The notes below the pieces were generated by a model, which was not told the DNA's origin, searched no databases, and saw nothing but the letters and a program-made list of their open reading frames with translations. A program made the translations under genes and the position numbers. A DNA stretch of 64,000 bases from Candidatus Hydrogenedentota bacterium (GTDB lineage Bacteria; Hydrogenedentota; Hydrogenedentia; Hydrogenedentales; SLHB01). Each line of letters begins with the position of its first letter. The stretch's first letter is position 1. Shown here piece after piece: positions 32,363 through 40,777 of the stretch. The stretch spans positions 1 through 64,000 of the forward strand of contig JARKSN010000339.1 of NCBI GenBank assembly GCA_029974275.1, given 5' to 3'.

Positions 32363-33424
32363 TCAGGAAACGTCCAAGCGGTCGCGGTGTTTGCGGTAAA
32401 GCCCCCGAAACTGGTGGTAGCTGAGTCCGAGCAGCGCGGCCGCTTTGTTTTGGTTGCGCTGCGCGCGACGCAGCGCCCGGCCAAGCAACGCAACCTCAAA
32501 ATCGCGCACGGCCTCTTCAAAAGACGTGAAACGGTCGGCAGACGCGTCTATCGAGGACGGAACCAACGGCGCGGCGGCATCTGCATGCGGCGTCCGGGGC
32601 GCATAGGGCGACTGGAACGGGTCGAAGATGATCTCGTCGGAAGTGATGAGGGTGTCGGTGGATTTGTACACGGCGCGTTCCACGACGTTCTTGAGTTCCC
32701 GCACGTTGCCCGGCCAGGGATAGGATTCGAGCAACGCCGCGGCGGCAGGGGTGATCTCGGGCATCTCGGCCCAATCCAGTTCGTGTGCCATCCGCGCCGC
32801 AAAATGGTTCGCGAGCAACAGAATATCGTCGACGCGAGCCCGCAGCGGCGGCAGGAACAGAACCTCGAACGACAGCCGGTCGAGCAGGTCCCGCATGAAA
32901 CGGCCTTCCGCCGCCAACGCGAGGAGATCGCTGTTGGTGGCCCCGACAATGCGGACATCCGCGCGGACGGTCTCCGTGCCGCCGACGCGCTCGAAACCGC
33001 CGTATTCGACGAATCGCAGGATTTTTTCCTGCGTTTCGATGGGAATGTTGCCGATTTCGTCTAGAAAGAGGGTGCCGTTGTCGGCGGACTCGAAACGCCC
33101 GGTCCGGCGCTGGATCGCGCCGGTAAACGCCCCGCGTTCGTGGCCAAACAGTTCGGACTCGATGAGCGACGGGGCCAAGGCGGCGCAGTTGAGCGCCACC
33201 AGCGGTTCGCGCCAACGCTTTGAAAGAAAATGAAGACGCCGTGCGGCAAGTTCCTTGCCGGTGCCGCGTTCGCCGACCAGCAGGACGGGACGCTCCACGC
33301 GGGCTACCAGCGAAAGCTGCTCCTGAAAAGCGAGGAAGCTCTCGGCCTGTCCTAGGGGGTCGATAGGCGCGGGTTCGCCTGGCGAATCGGGGATGAATTC
33401 GTCGGAAGGGATCGTGGGTTTCAT
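32363..33424 (-). CDS. pspF: Phage shock protein operon sigma54 activator
   Basis: No N-terminal regulatory domain; GERGTGKE, ESELFGHERGAFTGA, WPGNVRELKN, HTH GLSYHQFRGL; divergent from pspA. Confidence 0.93.
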   Translation of the reverse strand: MKPTIPSDEFIPDSPGEPAPIDPLGQAESFLAFQEQLSLVARVERPVLLVGERGTGKELAARRLHFLSKRWREPLVALNCAALAPSLIESELFGHERGAFTGAIQRRTGRFESADNGTLFLDEIGNIPIETQEKILRFVEYGGFERVGGTETVRADVRIVGATNSDLLALAAEGRFMRDLLDRLSFEVLFLPPLRARVDDILLLANHFAARMAHELDWAEMPEITPAAAALLESYPWPGNVRELKNVVERAVYKSTDTLITSDEIIFDPFQSPYAPRTPHADAAAPLVPSSIDASADRFTSFEEAVRDFEVALLGRALRRAQRNQNKAAALLGLSYHQFRGLYRKHRDRLDVS

Positions 33425-33556
33425 GGTGAATTACGCCTCGTATGTTGGCTTATTATGCCATATATGAGCGAAAAAAACCAGATTGTTTGTGAAACTTTTT
33501 TGGAAGAATGAGCATAAATCTATTATATGCAATGGTTTATGGCTGAAGAGATGACT

Positions 33557-33571
33557 TGGCACGCCTCCTGC
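33557..33571 (+). promoter_or_regulatory. sigma54 -24/-12 promoter of the psp operon
   Basis: TGGCACG-CCTC-CTGC. Upstream AT-rich IHF-like tract (~33500-33540) and TGGC-N7-GCCA inverted repeat (33446-33460) as a possible PspF site. Confidence 0.8.
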
Positions 33572-33616
33572 GTAGGCAGGGATACATGCCCAGTGGCATG
33601 GAGAAGGAGTTAGGAA

Positions 33617-34138
33617 ATGAATTCGGGGACTATGGGTTTGCAGGACAAGCGACGTTTCGTTCGCACGCCGTTCATCGGCTCGATCGTCTTGACGGGCGAG
33701 AAGCTGGATCGGTGCGAGGTGACCGTCTGCAACGTCAGTCGCGGCGGTTTGTGCGTCGAGACGGGACATCCCCTGCATCCCGGGCAGCGGCTGTTGGCGG
33801 AAGTGCGCGAAATGGGCCTGGGCGAAGTGGTCGAGCTGAAGACGGCGGTGGCGTGGGTCGCCCCCTTTGAAGAAGCCGGCCGCACCTGGGTTGGGTTGCG
33901 CGTGCTCCACAGCGAGCCGGAATCCGTTACGGCGATGTCGACCCTGTTGCACAAGGGGTTGCATCAGTCGGGCGTCTTCACGCTTTTGGGCAGTGAAGAC
34001 CCTTGCCGAGCGGAGACGCCCCAAGCGATGGAGCGAGAGGGACGCGGGAGCGGCAAAGCGGCCGGCTTCGTCACGCCCCTCGCGCACCGCGCTTGTGCGG
34101 CAATCTGCGCGATGATTGCCGGGGCCGCGCTCTCGTAG
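33617..34138 (+). CDS. PilZ-domain protein
   Basis: DKRRFVRTP (RxxxR) and NVSRGGL (D/NxSxxG), AVAWV, VGLRV; AAGGAG RBS. Confidence 0.8.
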   Translation: MNSGTMGLQDKRRFVRTPFIGSIVLTGEKLDRCEVTVCNVSRGGLCVETGHPLHPGQRLLAEVREMGLGEVVELKTAVAWVAPFEEAGRTWVGLRVLHSEPESVTAMSTLLHKGLHQSGVFTLLGSEDPCRAETPQAMEREGRGSGKAAGFVTPLAHRACAAICAMIAGAALS

Positions 34139-34229
34139 CCGATCCTGGCTTCGCCGGATGCGTCCATATTTCCCCTAGGCGCGGCGCTCTTTCGGGAGTA
34201 GACGGCCCGTTTCGGGCAGGAGGTAGGCA

Positions 34230-34889
34230 ATGGGCATCTTTACACGTGTGCGCGACATCATCAGCTCGAACATCAACGCCATGCTCGACAAGGCTGAGGA
34301 TCCGGAAAAACTGGTCAAATTGATGATCCGCGAGATGGAAGACACGCTTGTCGAAATCAAGGCGTCGTGCGCCGGGGCGATGGCGGCGAAGAAAAAGATC
34401 GTGCGCGAAGCGGAGACCGTCCGCGAACGGGCGATCGAATGGGAGAAAAAGGCCCAGATCGCCGTGGACAAAGGCCGCGAGGACCTTGCCCGCGAGGCCT
34501 TGCTCGAAAGGCGCCGGCACCGCGACCGCGCGGACGCGCTCGACAAGGAACTGGCCCATTGCGACGGCATTGTCGAGCAATACCAAGGCGACATTCTTCA
34601 ACTCGAGGAGAAGCTGACCGCTGCGCGCGAGAAACAGCGCGTGCTGGTGCAGCGGCACGTCCGCGCCCAAGGTAGTCGCCGCGTGCAGTCCGACCTGCGC
34701 AAGGCCGATACCTCCGACGCCCTGTTGCGGTTCGAACACTTCGAAAATCGCATCGAGCGCATGGAGGCCGACGCCGAACTCGTGAATTTCGGCCGCAAAC
34801 CGACGTTGCACGACGCATTTTCGAGGCTCGAAGGCGACGAAGAACTCGAACGCGAATTGACCGCGCTCAAACAAAAGCGGGGCCAATAG
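34230..34889 (+). CDS. pspA: Phage shock protein A
   Basis: MGIFTRVRDIISSNINAMLDKAEDPEKLVKLMIREMEDTL; GREDLAREAL; coiled coil. Confidence 0.96.
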   Translation: MGIFTRVRDIISSNINAMLDKAEDPEKLVKLMIREMEDTLVEIKASCAGAMAAKKKIVREAETVRERAIEWEKKAQIAVDKGREDLAREALLERRRHRDRADALDKELAHCDGIVEQYQGDILQLEEKLTAAREKQRVLVQRHVRAQGSRRVQSDLRKADTSDALLRFEHFENRIERMEADAELVNFGRKPTLHDAFSRLEGDEELERELTALKQKRGQ

Positions 34890-34920
34890 CGATCGCATGG
34901 AACATCCCCTTCCATCCCAG

Positions 34921-34950
34921 GCCGGGCGTACGTCCCCCCGTGCGCCCGGC
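34921..34950 (+). other. GC-rich stem-loop after pspA (possible mRNA stabiliser or pause)
   Basis: GCCGGGCGTACG / CGTGCGCCCGGC inverted repeat with no U-tract. Confidence 0.45.
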
Positions 34951-34990
34951 ACCCCCCAAAACGTTTCCGCACGTGAATTGAGGTGAGAGC

Positions 34991-35290
34991 ATGATACGCG
35001 CACTGTGTTGGATCGCAACGATAGGGCTGGTTCTATTGGTGACGGGATCGGCCCTCTTTGGACTTTTATTTGCGGTGGTTGCGGCGGTTCTCGCCATTGT
35101 CTCGGCGATTATCAAAGTGACGGTCGCGTTGGTTGTAGCGGCGTCGCCGGCGCTGATTCCCGCGCTGGCGGTGGCGTTCTTGGTCTGGATCGTGTTCCGC
35201 AGCCGGAAGCCGCGTCACGATAAGCCGCGTCACGATTATTACGATGACTGGCAGGATCGGCGTGACCGCTACGACCGGTATTGCCGATAG
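34991..35290 (+). CDS. Small hydrophobic membrane protein in the psp operon (PspG-like position)
   Basis: GAGGTGA RBS; ~70 hydrophobic residues then a charged tail with KPRHD repeated twice. Confidence 0.7.
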   Translation: MIRALCWIATIGLVLLVTGSALFGLLFAVVAAVLAIVSAIIKVTVALVVAASPALIPALAVAFLVWIVFRSRKPRHDKPRHDYYDDWQDRRDRYDRYCR

Positions 35291-35450
35291 GGCCCTGTGG
35301 CGGCGGCCGCCTTTGTAGCGCCCGGTCTCCGTGCCGGGCGAGAGTATAGACAAAGGACGCCCGCACAGAGACGAGGCGCGCGAGAAGACGTCAGTTGATG
35401 GTTGGTTTATAATCGAGGCAGTGGCTGGGAAGCAGGGAGGGAGGTTACAT

Positions 35451-35684
35451 ATGCCAGAGATTACCGCCGTTGGACTTCTGGTCTTTGCCATCGCGTGCTT
35501 GTTCGTGCTCAAGCTGGTCAAAATTCTCCGGGGCGATGGCTGCGCGACGAGCGGCTCCAACGAAGACGACGCCCGGTTGGTCCAGGAAATCCACCAGGGC
35601 ATGGAACGTCTCGAACGCCGCGTGGAAGCCCTCGAAACCATCCTGCTGGATTCGGCGAGGAGTGGCGGCGAAACAAGGCGTTGA
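35451..35684 (+). CDS. PspB-like envelope stress protein, copy 1
   Basis: GGAGGGAGG RBS; TM + QEIHQGMERLERRVEALETILLD. Confidence 0.8.
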   Translation: MPEITAVGLLVFAIACLFVLKLVKILRGDGCATSGSNEDDARLVQEIHQGMERLERRVEALETILLDSARSGGETRR

Positions 35685-35759
35685 CCGTTGTGCAGCGCCC
35701 CAGGGCCGGTCGTTTTGATAGATCCCGGCGCCCCGCTGCAGGGAAGAAGGAGGTTTTAG

Positions 35760-36026
35760 ATGCCAGTTGGAGGAGGAGCATTGGGAGCGCTTGCCATCGA
35801 GATGTTTGCGGTCCCTGTAATGTGCTTGGCCGTGATCTGTGGGGTTGTCCTGCTGCTGGTGCGCCTTGTGCGCGGCGGCAATGCAGCGAATGCGGCGATG
35901 ACCCAGGAAGAAGCGCGGATATTTCAGGAAATGCACCATGGCATGGAACGCCTCGAACGCCGCATGGAAGCCCTCGAAACCATCCTGCTGGATTCGGCGA
36001 GGAGCGGCGACGAAACAGGGCGATGA
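35760..36026 (+). CDS. PspB-like envelope stress protein, copy 2 (chimeric)
   Basis: AAGGAGG RBS; TM + QEMHHGMERLERRMEALETILLD. Confidence 0.8.
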   Translation: MPVGGGALGALAIEMFAVPVMCLAVICGVVLLLVRLVRGGNAANAAMTQEEARIFQEMHHGMERLERRMEALETILLDSARSGDETGR

Positions 36027-36086
36027 CCAGCGCGTGACGCAGCAGGGCCGTCTTACAGGCCCGATACAGTATGAGGGAGGTTACGC

Positions 36087-36362
36087 ATGACGGCAGACGG
36101 GGGAATGGTGTTGGGATTGGGAGCGCTTGCCATAGTCGCGGTCTTTGCGGTCCCTGTGATGTGCTTGGCCGTGATCTTTGGGTTCATCCTGCTGTTGGTG
36201 CGCTTTCTGCGCGGCGGCAAAGCAGCGAATGCGGCGATGACCCAGGAAGAAGCGCGGATATTTCAGGAAATGCACCATGGCATGGAACGGATGGCGCAGC
36301 GCATCGAGGCGCTCGAGACGATCTTGTTGGACAAACAGCAGAAAGAGGAGGTGAGCCGATGA
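36087..36362 (+). CDS. pspB: PspB-like envelope stress protein, copy 3
   Basis: TM + QEMHHGMERMAQRIEALETILLD; ATGA overlap with pspC. Confidence 0.8.
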   Translation: MTADGGMVLGLGALAIVAVFAVPVMCLAVIFGFILLLVRFLRGGKAANAAMTQEEARIFQEMHHGMERMAQRIEALETILLDKQQKEEVSR

Positions 36363-36745
36363 CCCGTCAATCTCCCCGCGAAGGACGTCCCCTCTACCGT
36401 TCGCGCAACGGAATTATCTTCGGCGTGTGCCGCGGCATCGCCGAGCACCTGAACTTCAGCGTGTTCTGGACGCGCGTCATCGCGGTCCTGGGCCTGTGCT
36501 GGACAGGCGGACTCGCGGGAACCGTGTACATCCTCGCGGCGTTGCTGATGAAGCTCGAACCGGTATTGCCCATCGACAACGACGGCGACCGCGAGTTTTA
36601 TCACTCGTACCTCAGTTCGCGCAATCTGGCGTTGCAACGGTTGAAGAAGACCTTCGACAGCCTCGACCGCCGCCTCCAGCGCATGGAAGACATCGTCACC
36701 GCGCGCGCCTACGATTGGGATCGCCGCCTGAACGAGGAAAAGTGA
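36359..36745 (+). CDS. pspC: Phage shock protein C
   Basis: LYRSRNGIIFGVCRGIAEHL PspC domain, TM, C-terminal LDRRLQRMEDIVT. Confidence 0.92.
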   Translation: MTRQSPREGRPLYRSRNGIIFGVCRGIAEHLNFSVFWTRVIAVLGLCWTGGLAGTVYILAALLMKLEPVLPIDNDGDREFYHSYLSSRNLALQRLKKTFDSLDRRLQRMEDIVTARAYDWDRRLNEEK

Positions 36746-36999
36746 ACGGCGCGGTTTCCCGGGGGCGGCGAAGCATGACAACCGCCCCGGAACGCTAAAG
36801 CGCTGCAGTTGAGTTGTAACCGTTCTTTTCCCGTAAGCGTTTTTGAAACGGCCTTTGGTGAATGGAGTGCGCCGCGCCATTTCAAAAAAAACGCCATGGA
36901 ATGCGCGGCGTTGCAGCACGCGCCGTTCCGCTTGCGCACAATTCGGCAACCGGGTTGGACGCCCCTGCCCGTATGTGAGATAATGCCGTAGCTCTCTGC

Positions 37000-37076
37000 G
37001 CGCCTGTAGCTCAGGTGGATAGAGCAACGGCCTTCTAAGCCGTAGGTCGTGCGTTCGAGTCGCACCAGGCGCGCCA
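37000..37076 (+). tRNA. tRNA-Arg (anticodon TCT)
   Basis: Acceptor GCGCCTG/CAGGCGC, D-arm, anticodon stem ACGGC-CT TCT AA-GCCGT, GTTCGAG T-loop, encoded CCA. Confidence 0.97.
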
Positions 37077-37363
37077 GCTTTTTTCCTTGCCTGTCCTTGT
37101 CTGGGCGCCTCGCATTTAATCGGACGCATTGCTGCCATTCGGTTTACGGCATCTGCCGGGCGATCTTCCATGTGGATTGGGTCGAGCATCGCCGTCCCGG
37201 GACGGGGCGAGTTGCCCCGTGTCCGCGGTCTTCGTTACGCCACAAATGGAGCGAAGCCGCATGAAGACGGCGCGATCCATTACAGGAACAACGCCGTCGC
37301 GCTTGGTGTTATGGCCGATATAGCGTGCGAGGAAACGCGCGCATCCAAAACAGGAGATTGATC

Positions 37364-37978
37364 ATGAGTTACGAACTGCCGAAGCTGCCCTACGCGTACG
37401 ATGCGTTGGAGCCCTATATTGATGCGCAAACGATGGAGATTCATCACGCCAAGCATCACCAAGCGTATATCACGAATGGGAACAAGGCCCTCGAAGGACT
37501 GGACGCATTTGCCTCGAAGCCGGTGGAGGACCTGTTGCGCGATGTGGCGAGCGTGCCGGAGAATGTGCGCCAGGCAGTCATCAACAACGGAGGCGGTCAC
37601 GCGAATCACTCGCTGTTCTGGCAGATACTGGGCAAAGGCAAGGGCGGCGCGCCCAAAGGCGAACTGGCCAAGGCGATTGACGCGGAGTTTGGCTTTTTCG
37701 ACGCGTTCAAGGAGAAATTTGGGAATGCTGCGCTCACGCGCTTTGGCAGCGGCTGGGCCTGGCTGGGCGCGGGCAAGGGAAAAATCGTGTTGCTGAGCAC
37801 GCCCAATCAGGATTCGCCGCTATTGCAGGGCGTTACGCCGTTTCTTGGGCTGGATGTGTGGGAGCACGCGTATTATTTGAAGTACCAAAATCGGCGCGCG
37901 GATTACATTGCCGCGTGGTGGAACGTGGTTGATTGGGACGCGGTGACGGAATTCTATCAGGCCGCCGTTCGCGCGTAG
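37364..37978 (+). CDS. sodA: Superoxide dismutase, Mn-type
   Basis: [34 protein letters not shown]. Confidence 0.95.
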   Translation: MSYELPKLPYAYDALEPYIDAQTMEIHHAKHHQAYITNGNKALEGLDAFASKPVEDLLRDVASVPENVRQAVINNGGGHANHSLFWQILGKGKGGAPKGELAKAIDAEFGFFDAFKEKFGNAALTRFGSGWAWLGAGKGKIVLLSTPNQDSPLLQGVTPFLGLDVWEHAYYLKYQNRRADYIAAWWNVVDWDAVTEFYQAAVRA

Positions 37979-38175
37979 CCCGGATTTCCTGCGGCGTTCC
38001 GCTTTGCCGATGCACGATGGAAAGCGCGTGTGGCAAGCGTCGTGAGTGTGTGTGTTGGCGAACACGGGCAAGACGCTATATCATGGCGCCGATCGGTGTG
38101 GCGGCATGCGGCGTGGATTCGAGACGTCTTCCCGCTGTCCGAATCAGACGAGCGATTCAAGAGCGGGGGGCAAAC

Positions 38176-38988
38176 ATGAGCGGAGGCGTTTCGGAAGGGG
38201 CGTTTGGCGTCAAGGGCGGCGTCGCGTCCGTTACATTCCGGAAACTTGCGCCGCATAGGGTCATCGACGCGACGGTCCGGGCAGGGCTGGAGGCGATCGA
38301 GTGGGGCGGCGACGTGCATGTCCCGCCGGGCAATGCGGCGCACGCGCGCGACATGGGGCGCGCCACGCGCGACGCGGGTCTCGCGGTTAGTTCGTACGGT
38401 TCGTATTACGTTGCGGGCGAAGGACAGGAATTCGCGCCGGTTCTGGATGCGGCCGTCGCCTTGGGGGCTCCGGTGATTCGGATTTGGGCGGGACGTCGTC
38501 CTTCCGCGGAGAGCGACGCCGGTTATCGAAGCCGCGTCGTGTGCGATGTCGCCGCGACAGCGGCGTTGGCGCATGCCGAGGGGGTCCGTATCGCTTTGGA
38601 ACTGCACGGCGGCACCCTGACCGATGAGCTCGGCTCCGCACGGAACTTGCTGGAAGAAATCGCGGCGCCCAATGCAGGAACCTATTGGCAGCCGCCTGTT
38701 GGCGCGTCTGTCGAGGACGCCTTGGCGTTGTTGGGCGCACTGAAGCCGTGGCTTGTCCATCTGCATGTTTTTCATTGGAGCCCAGGAACCGAGCGCCGTC
38801 CGTTGGTCGAGGGGCGCGAACGGTGGCGGCGTTACCTGCATGCGGCGGCGGCTCCGGGCGTTCATGTCGCGATGCTCGAATTTGTGCGTGACGATTCCGA
38901 AGATCAGTTCATGCAGGACGCGGCGGTTTTGAAGGAACTGATTCGGGACGAGATGGAGTCTGGCGCGCGCCAACCGCACTTGCCATGA
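38176..38988 (+). CDS. Sugar phosphate isomerase/epimerase (xylose isomerase-like TIM barrel)
   Basis: IEWGGDVH, SSYGSYY, IRIWAG, ELHGGTLTD, TYWQP, HLHVFHW. Confidence 0.8.
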   Translation: MSGGVSEGAFGVKGGVASVTFRKLAPHRVIDATVRAGLEAIEWGGDVHVPPGNAAHARDMGRATRDAGLAVSSYGSYYVAGEGQEFAPVLDAAVALGAPVIRIWAGRRPSAESDAGYRSRVVCDVAATAALAHAEGVRIALELHGGTLTDELGSARNLLEEIAAPNAGTYWQPPVGASVEDALALLGALKPWLVHLHVFHWSPGTERRPLVEGRERWRRYLHAAAAPGVHVAMLEFVRDDSEDQFMQDAAVLKELIRDEMESGARQPHLP

Positions 38989-39039
38989 GTCATTGGCAGG
39001 AACGGTCCCCGCCGTCGTTACTCAATGCGTCGTGGCGGG

Positions 39040-39990
39040 TCATTCCATTCGGAGGAGCACTTTCATCGCGTCTCGTTGAGAGGCCCGCTCGAATGCGGCG
39101 AGGGCGTCGTCGAGAGAGAACGTCTCGGTGACAAGATGACGGACTTCGACGTTTCCCAGTGCGAGCGCTTCGAGCGCGGGCCGGAACGGGCCGCATCGCG
39201 ATCCGATGATTTTCACTTCGTTGATGACGGATTTGCTGAAATCGATGTCCGAAACGCCCGCGACGGTGGTTTTGAGCACGATCACGCCCTCAGGCCGGAC
39301 AAGTTCCAATGCGCGTTCGATGCCGTCGCGCGATCCGGTCGCCTCGACGACGATATCCGCGCCGGCCTCAATCGGGTCGTTGAACGAGGCGGTCGCGATG
39401 CGCAGCCGCTCCAGCAACGCGAGTTTTTGCGCGTGTTTGCCGACGCATACGAGGTTTTTTGAATGCAGCCACAAGGTCTGCGCGATGAGTTGGCCGAGTT
39501 TGCCGTCGCCCAGCACGATAATTCGGTCCTCATTGCCGACGCGGATTTGTTCCAGAATGCGAAACGCCGCCGCGACGGGTTCGGCGAACACGGCCACGTC
39601 GTCGCGCATCGCATTTGGCACGAGATGCAGATTTTCTTCCGGCAAGGTCAGGTAATCGGCGAAAGCGCCGTCGCGCCGGAGAATGCCCAAAACGGTGCGG
39701 TCGAGACAATGATGCGGCATTTCGAGCTGACAATGGCGGCAGGTGTGACACGCGCAGTTGATTTCGCCCACGACGCGCCGCCCCGTGAGTTGAACGTTCG
39801 AGGCATGCTCCACGACGCCAACGAATTCGTGACCGGGGATGCCGCGAAATCCCATGTACCCGTGGGTCAATTCGATGTCCGTGTTGCAGATGCCGGCCAT
39901 GAGCACGCGAACAAGGGCCTCGCCCTTTCCGGGTTGTGGCGCAGGGACTTCGCATACGCGGAGATCCCCATCGTACACCAAGGCTCGCAT
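39040..39990 (-). CDS. Zinc-dependent alcohol dehydrogenase (MDR family)
   Basis: GICNTD, GHEFVG, CHTCRHC structural Zn site, GDGKLG, GSRCGPF. Confidence 0.92.
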   Translation of the reverse strand: MRALVYDGDLRVCEVPAPQPGKGEALVRVLMAGICNTDIELTHGYMGFRGIPGHEFVGVVEHASNVQLTGRRVVGEINCACHTCRHCQLEMPHHCLDRTVLGILRRDGAFADYLTLPEENLHLVPNAMRDDVAVFAEPVAAAFRILEQIRVGNEDRIIVLGDGKLGQLIAQTLWLHSKNLVCVGKHAQKLALLERLRIATASFNDPIEAGADIVVEATGSRDGIERALELVRPEGVIVLKTTVAGVSDIDFSKSVINEVKIIGSRCGPFRPALEALALGNVEVRHLVTETFSLDDALAAFERASQRDAMKVLLRME

Positions 39991-40109
39991 GGCTCGTTTC
40001 CTCTCTTTCTGTCCGCGTCGGAACACAAATACGCCGGGACGCTCCTTATCTGGTATTCAACACAAGGACGTCTTCCCAGTCAAGAACATTGTCGGTTGCG
40101 CCGGGCGCG

Positions 40110-40151
40110 AAAAACACTGGGGCGACGCCTTTACCGTCTTGGCGTCGCCCC
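40110..40151 (-). terminator. Intrinsic terminator
   Basis: 11-bp stem GGGGCGACGCC/GGCGTCGCCCC followed by GTGTTTTT on the minus strand. Confidence 0.75.
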
Positions 40152-40411
40152 GTGCAGATATTGTCCTTGTGTGCGCTCCTGGGGAAGGTCGCCTTGACCT
40201 GCCCGCGGGCCGCCCAACCCAATGGGTAGCCCTACCAAGAATGGACACCGCTACGTGTTGTGAGTCTCCGTCATTGATATACGTTTGTGATGTCCATCCA
40301 TGGCGTCAGGAGTCGTACCTGGACCTGTCATAGCTGGAATCACCCCCTTCCCGAACCTCGCTGACGTATCCCGGTAACCCCCTAGCGGGCCCATCGCCGT
40401 CTCGAGTCGTC
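40152..40411 (-). ncRNA. Candidate structured small RNA of unknown class
   Basis: Lies between a strong promoter and a terminator; several nested helices (see findings); only a 26-codon ORF inside. Confidence 0.55.
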
Positions 40412-40417
40412 ATCGTT

Positions 40418-40445
40418 ATTATATCACGAGCCCGAAAAATGTAAA
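40418..40445 (-). promoter_or_regulatory. sigma70 promoter with extended -10
   Basis: TTTACA-16 nt-TATAAT with TGn before the -10, minus strand. Confidence 0.75.
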
Positions 40446-40777
40446 GTGTTTTCTTTCAAAACCGCGAACACGTATTTATTGATTTACATTATATAATTGA
40501 TTTTTCGGGCACGATTTCCGAGCCAAAGAGATGCGACCGTTCAAGGTATTCGGCATCGTCCGGGAAAAAGGTGAATCGATTCAGAAGGGCATTTCCTGCG
40601 ATCGTTTTTCGCTTCGGGTGAAGTTCTGAGTATGCGGGATCGCGGAAAAGACGGCACTTTGTTGATTCGATTTGTTCCGGTGGGTTGTCGTATACTGTGT
40701 TGGATTGGCTTTTGGAAGACGATTTGTTCCCTCGTTGCTCAACAAGGCAGCGGAAATAACGCGAGAAAGAATATCCC

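Noticed and set aside
35451..36362. CRISPR-like or non-coding repeat array
   Set aside because: The repeats are coding paralogs, with no constant repeat/unique spacer periodicity and no cas genes.
37000..37360. tRNA-Arg as a possible integration site
   Set aside because: No duplicate of the tRNA 3' end and no integrase seen in the window; sodA follows.
40152..40411. SRP RNA, tmRNA or RNase P RNA identity for the candidate RNA
   Set aside because: No SRP domain IV (CAGGUCCGGAAGGAAGCAG), no tRNA-like ends, no GAGGAAAGUCC motif.
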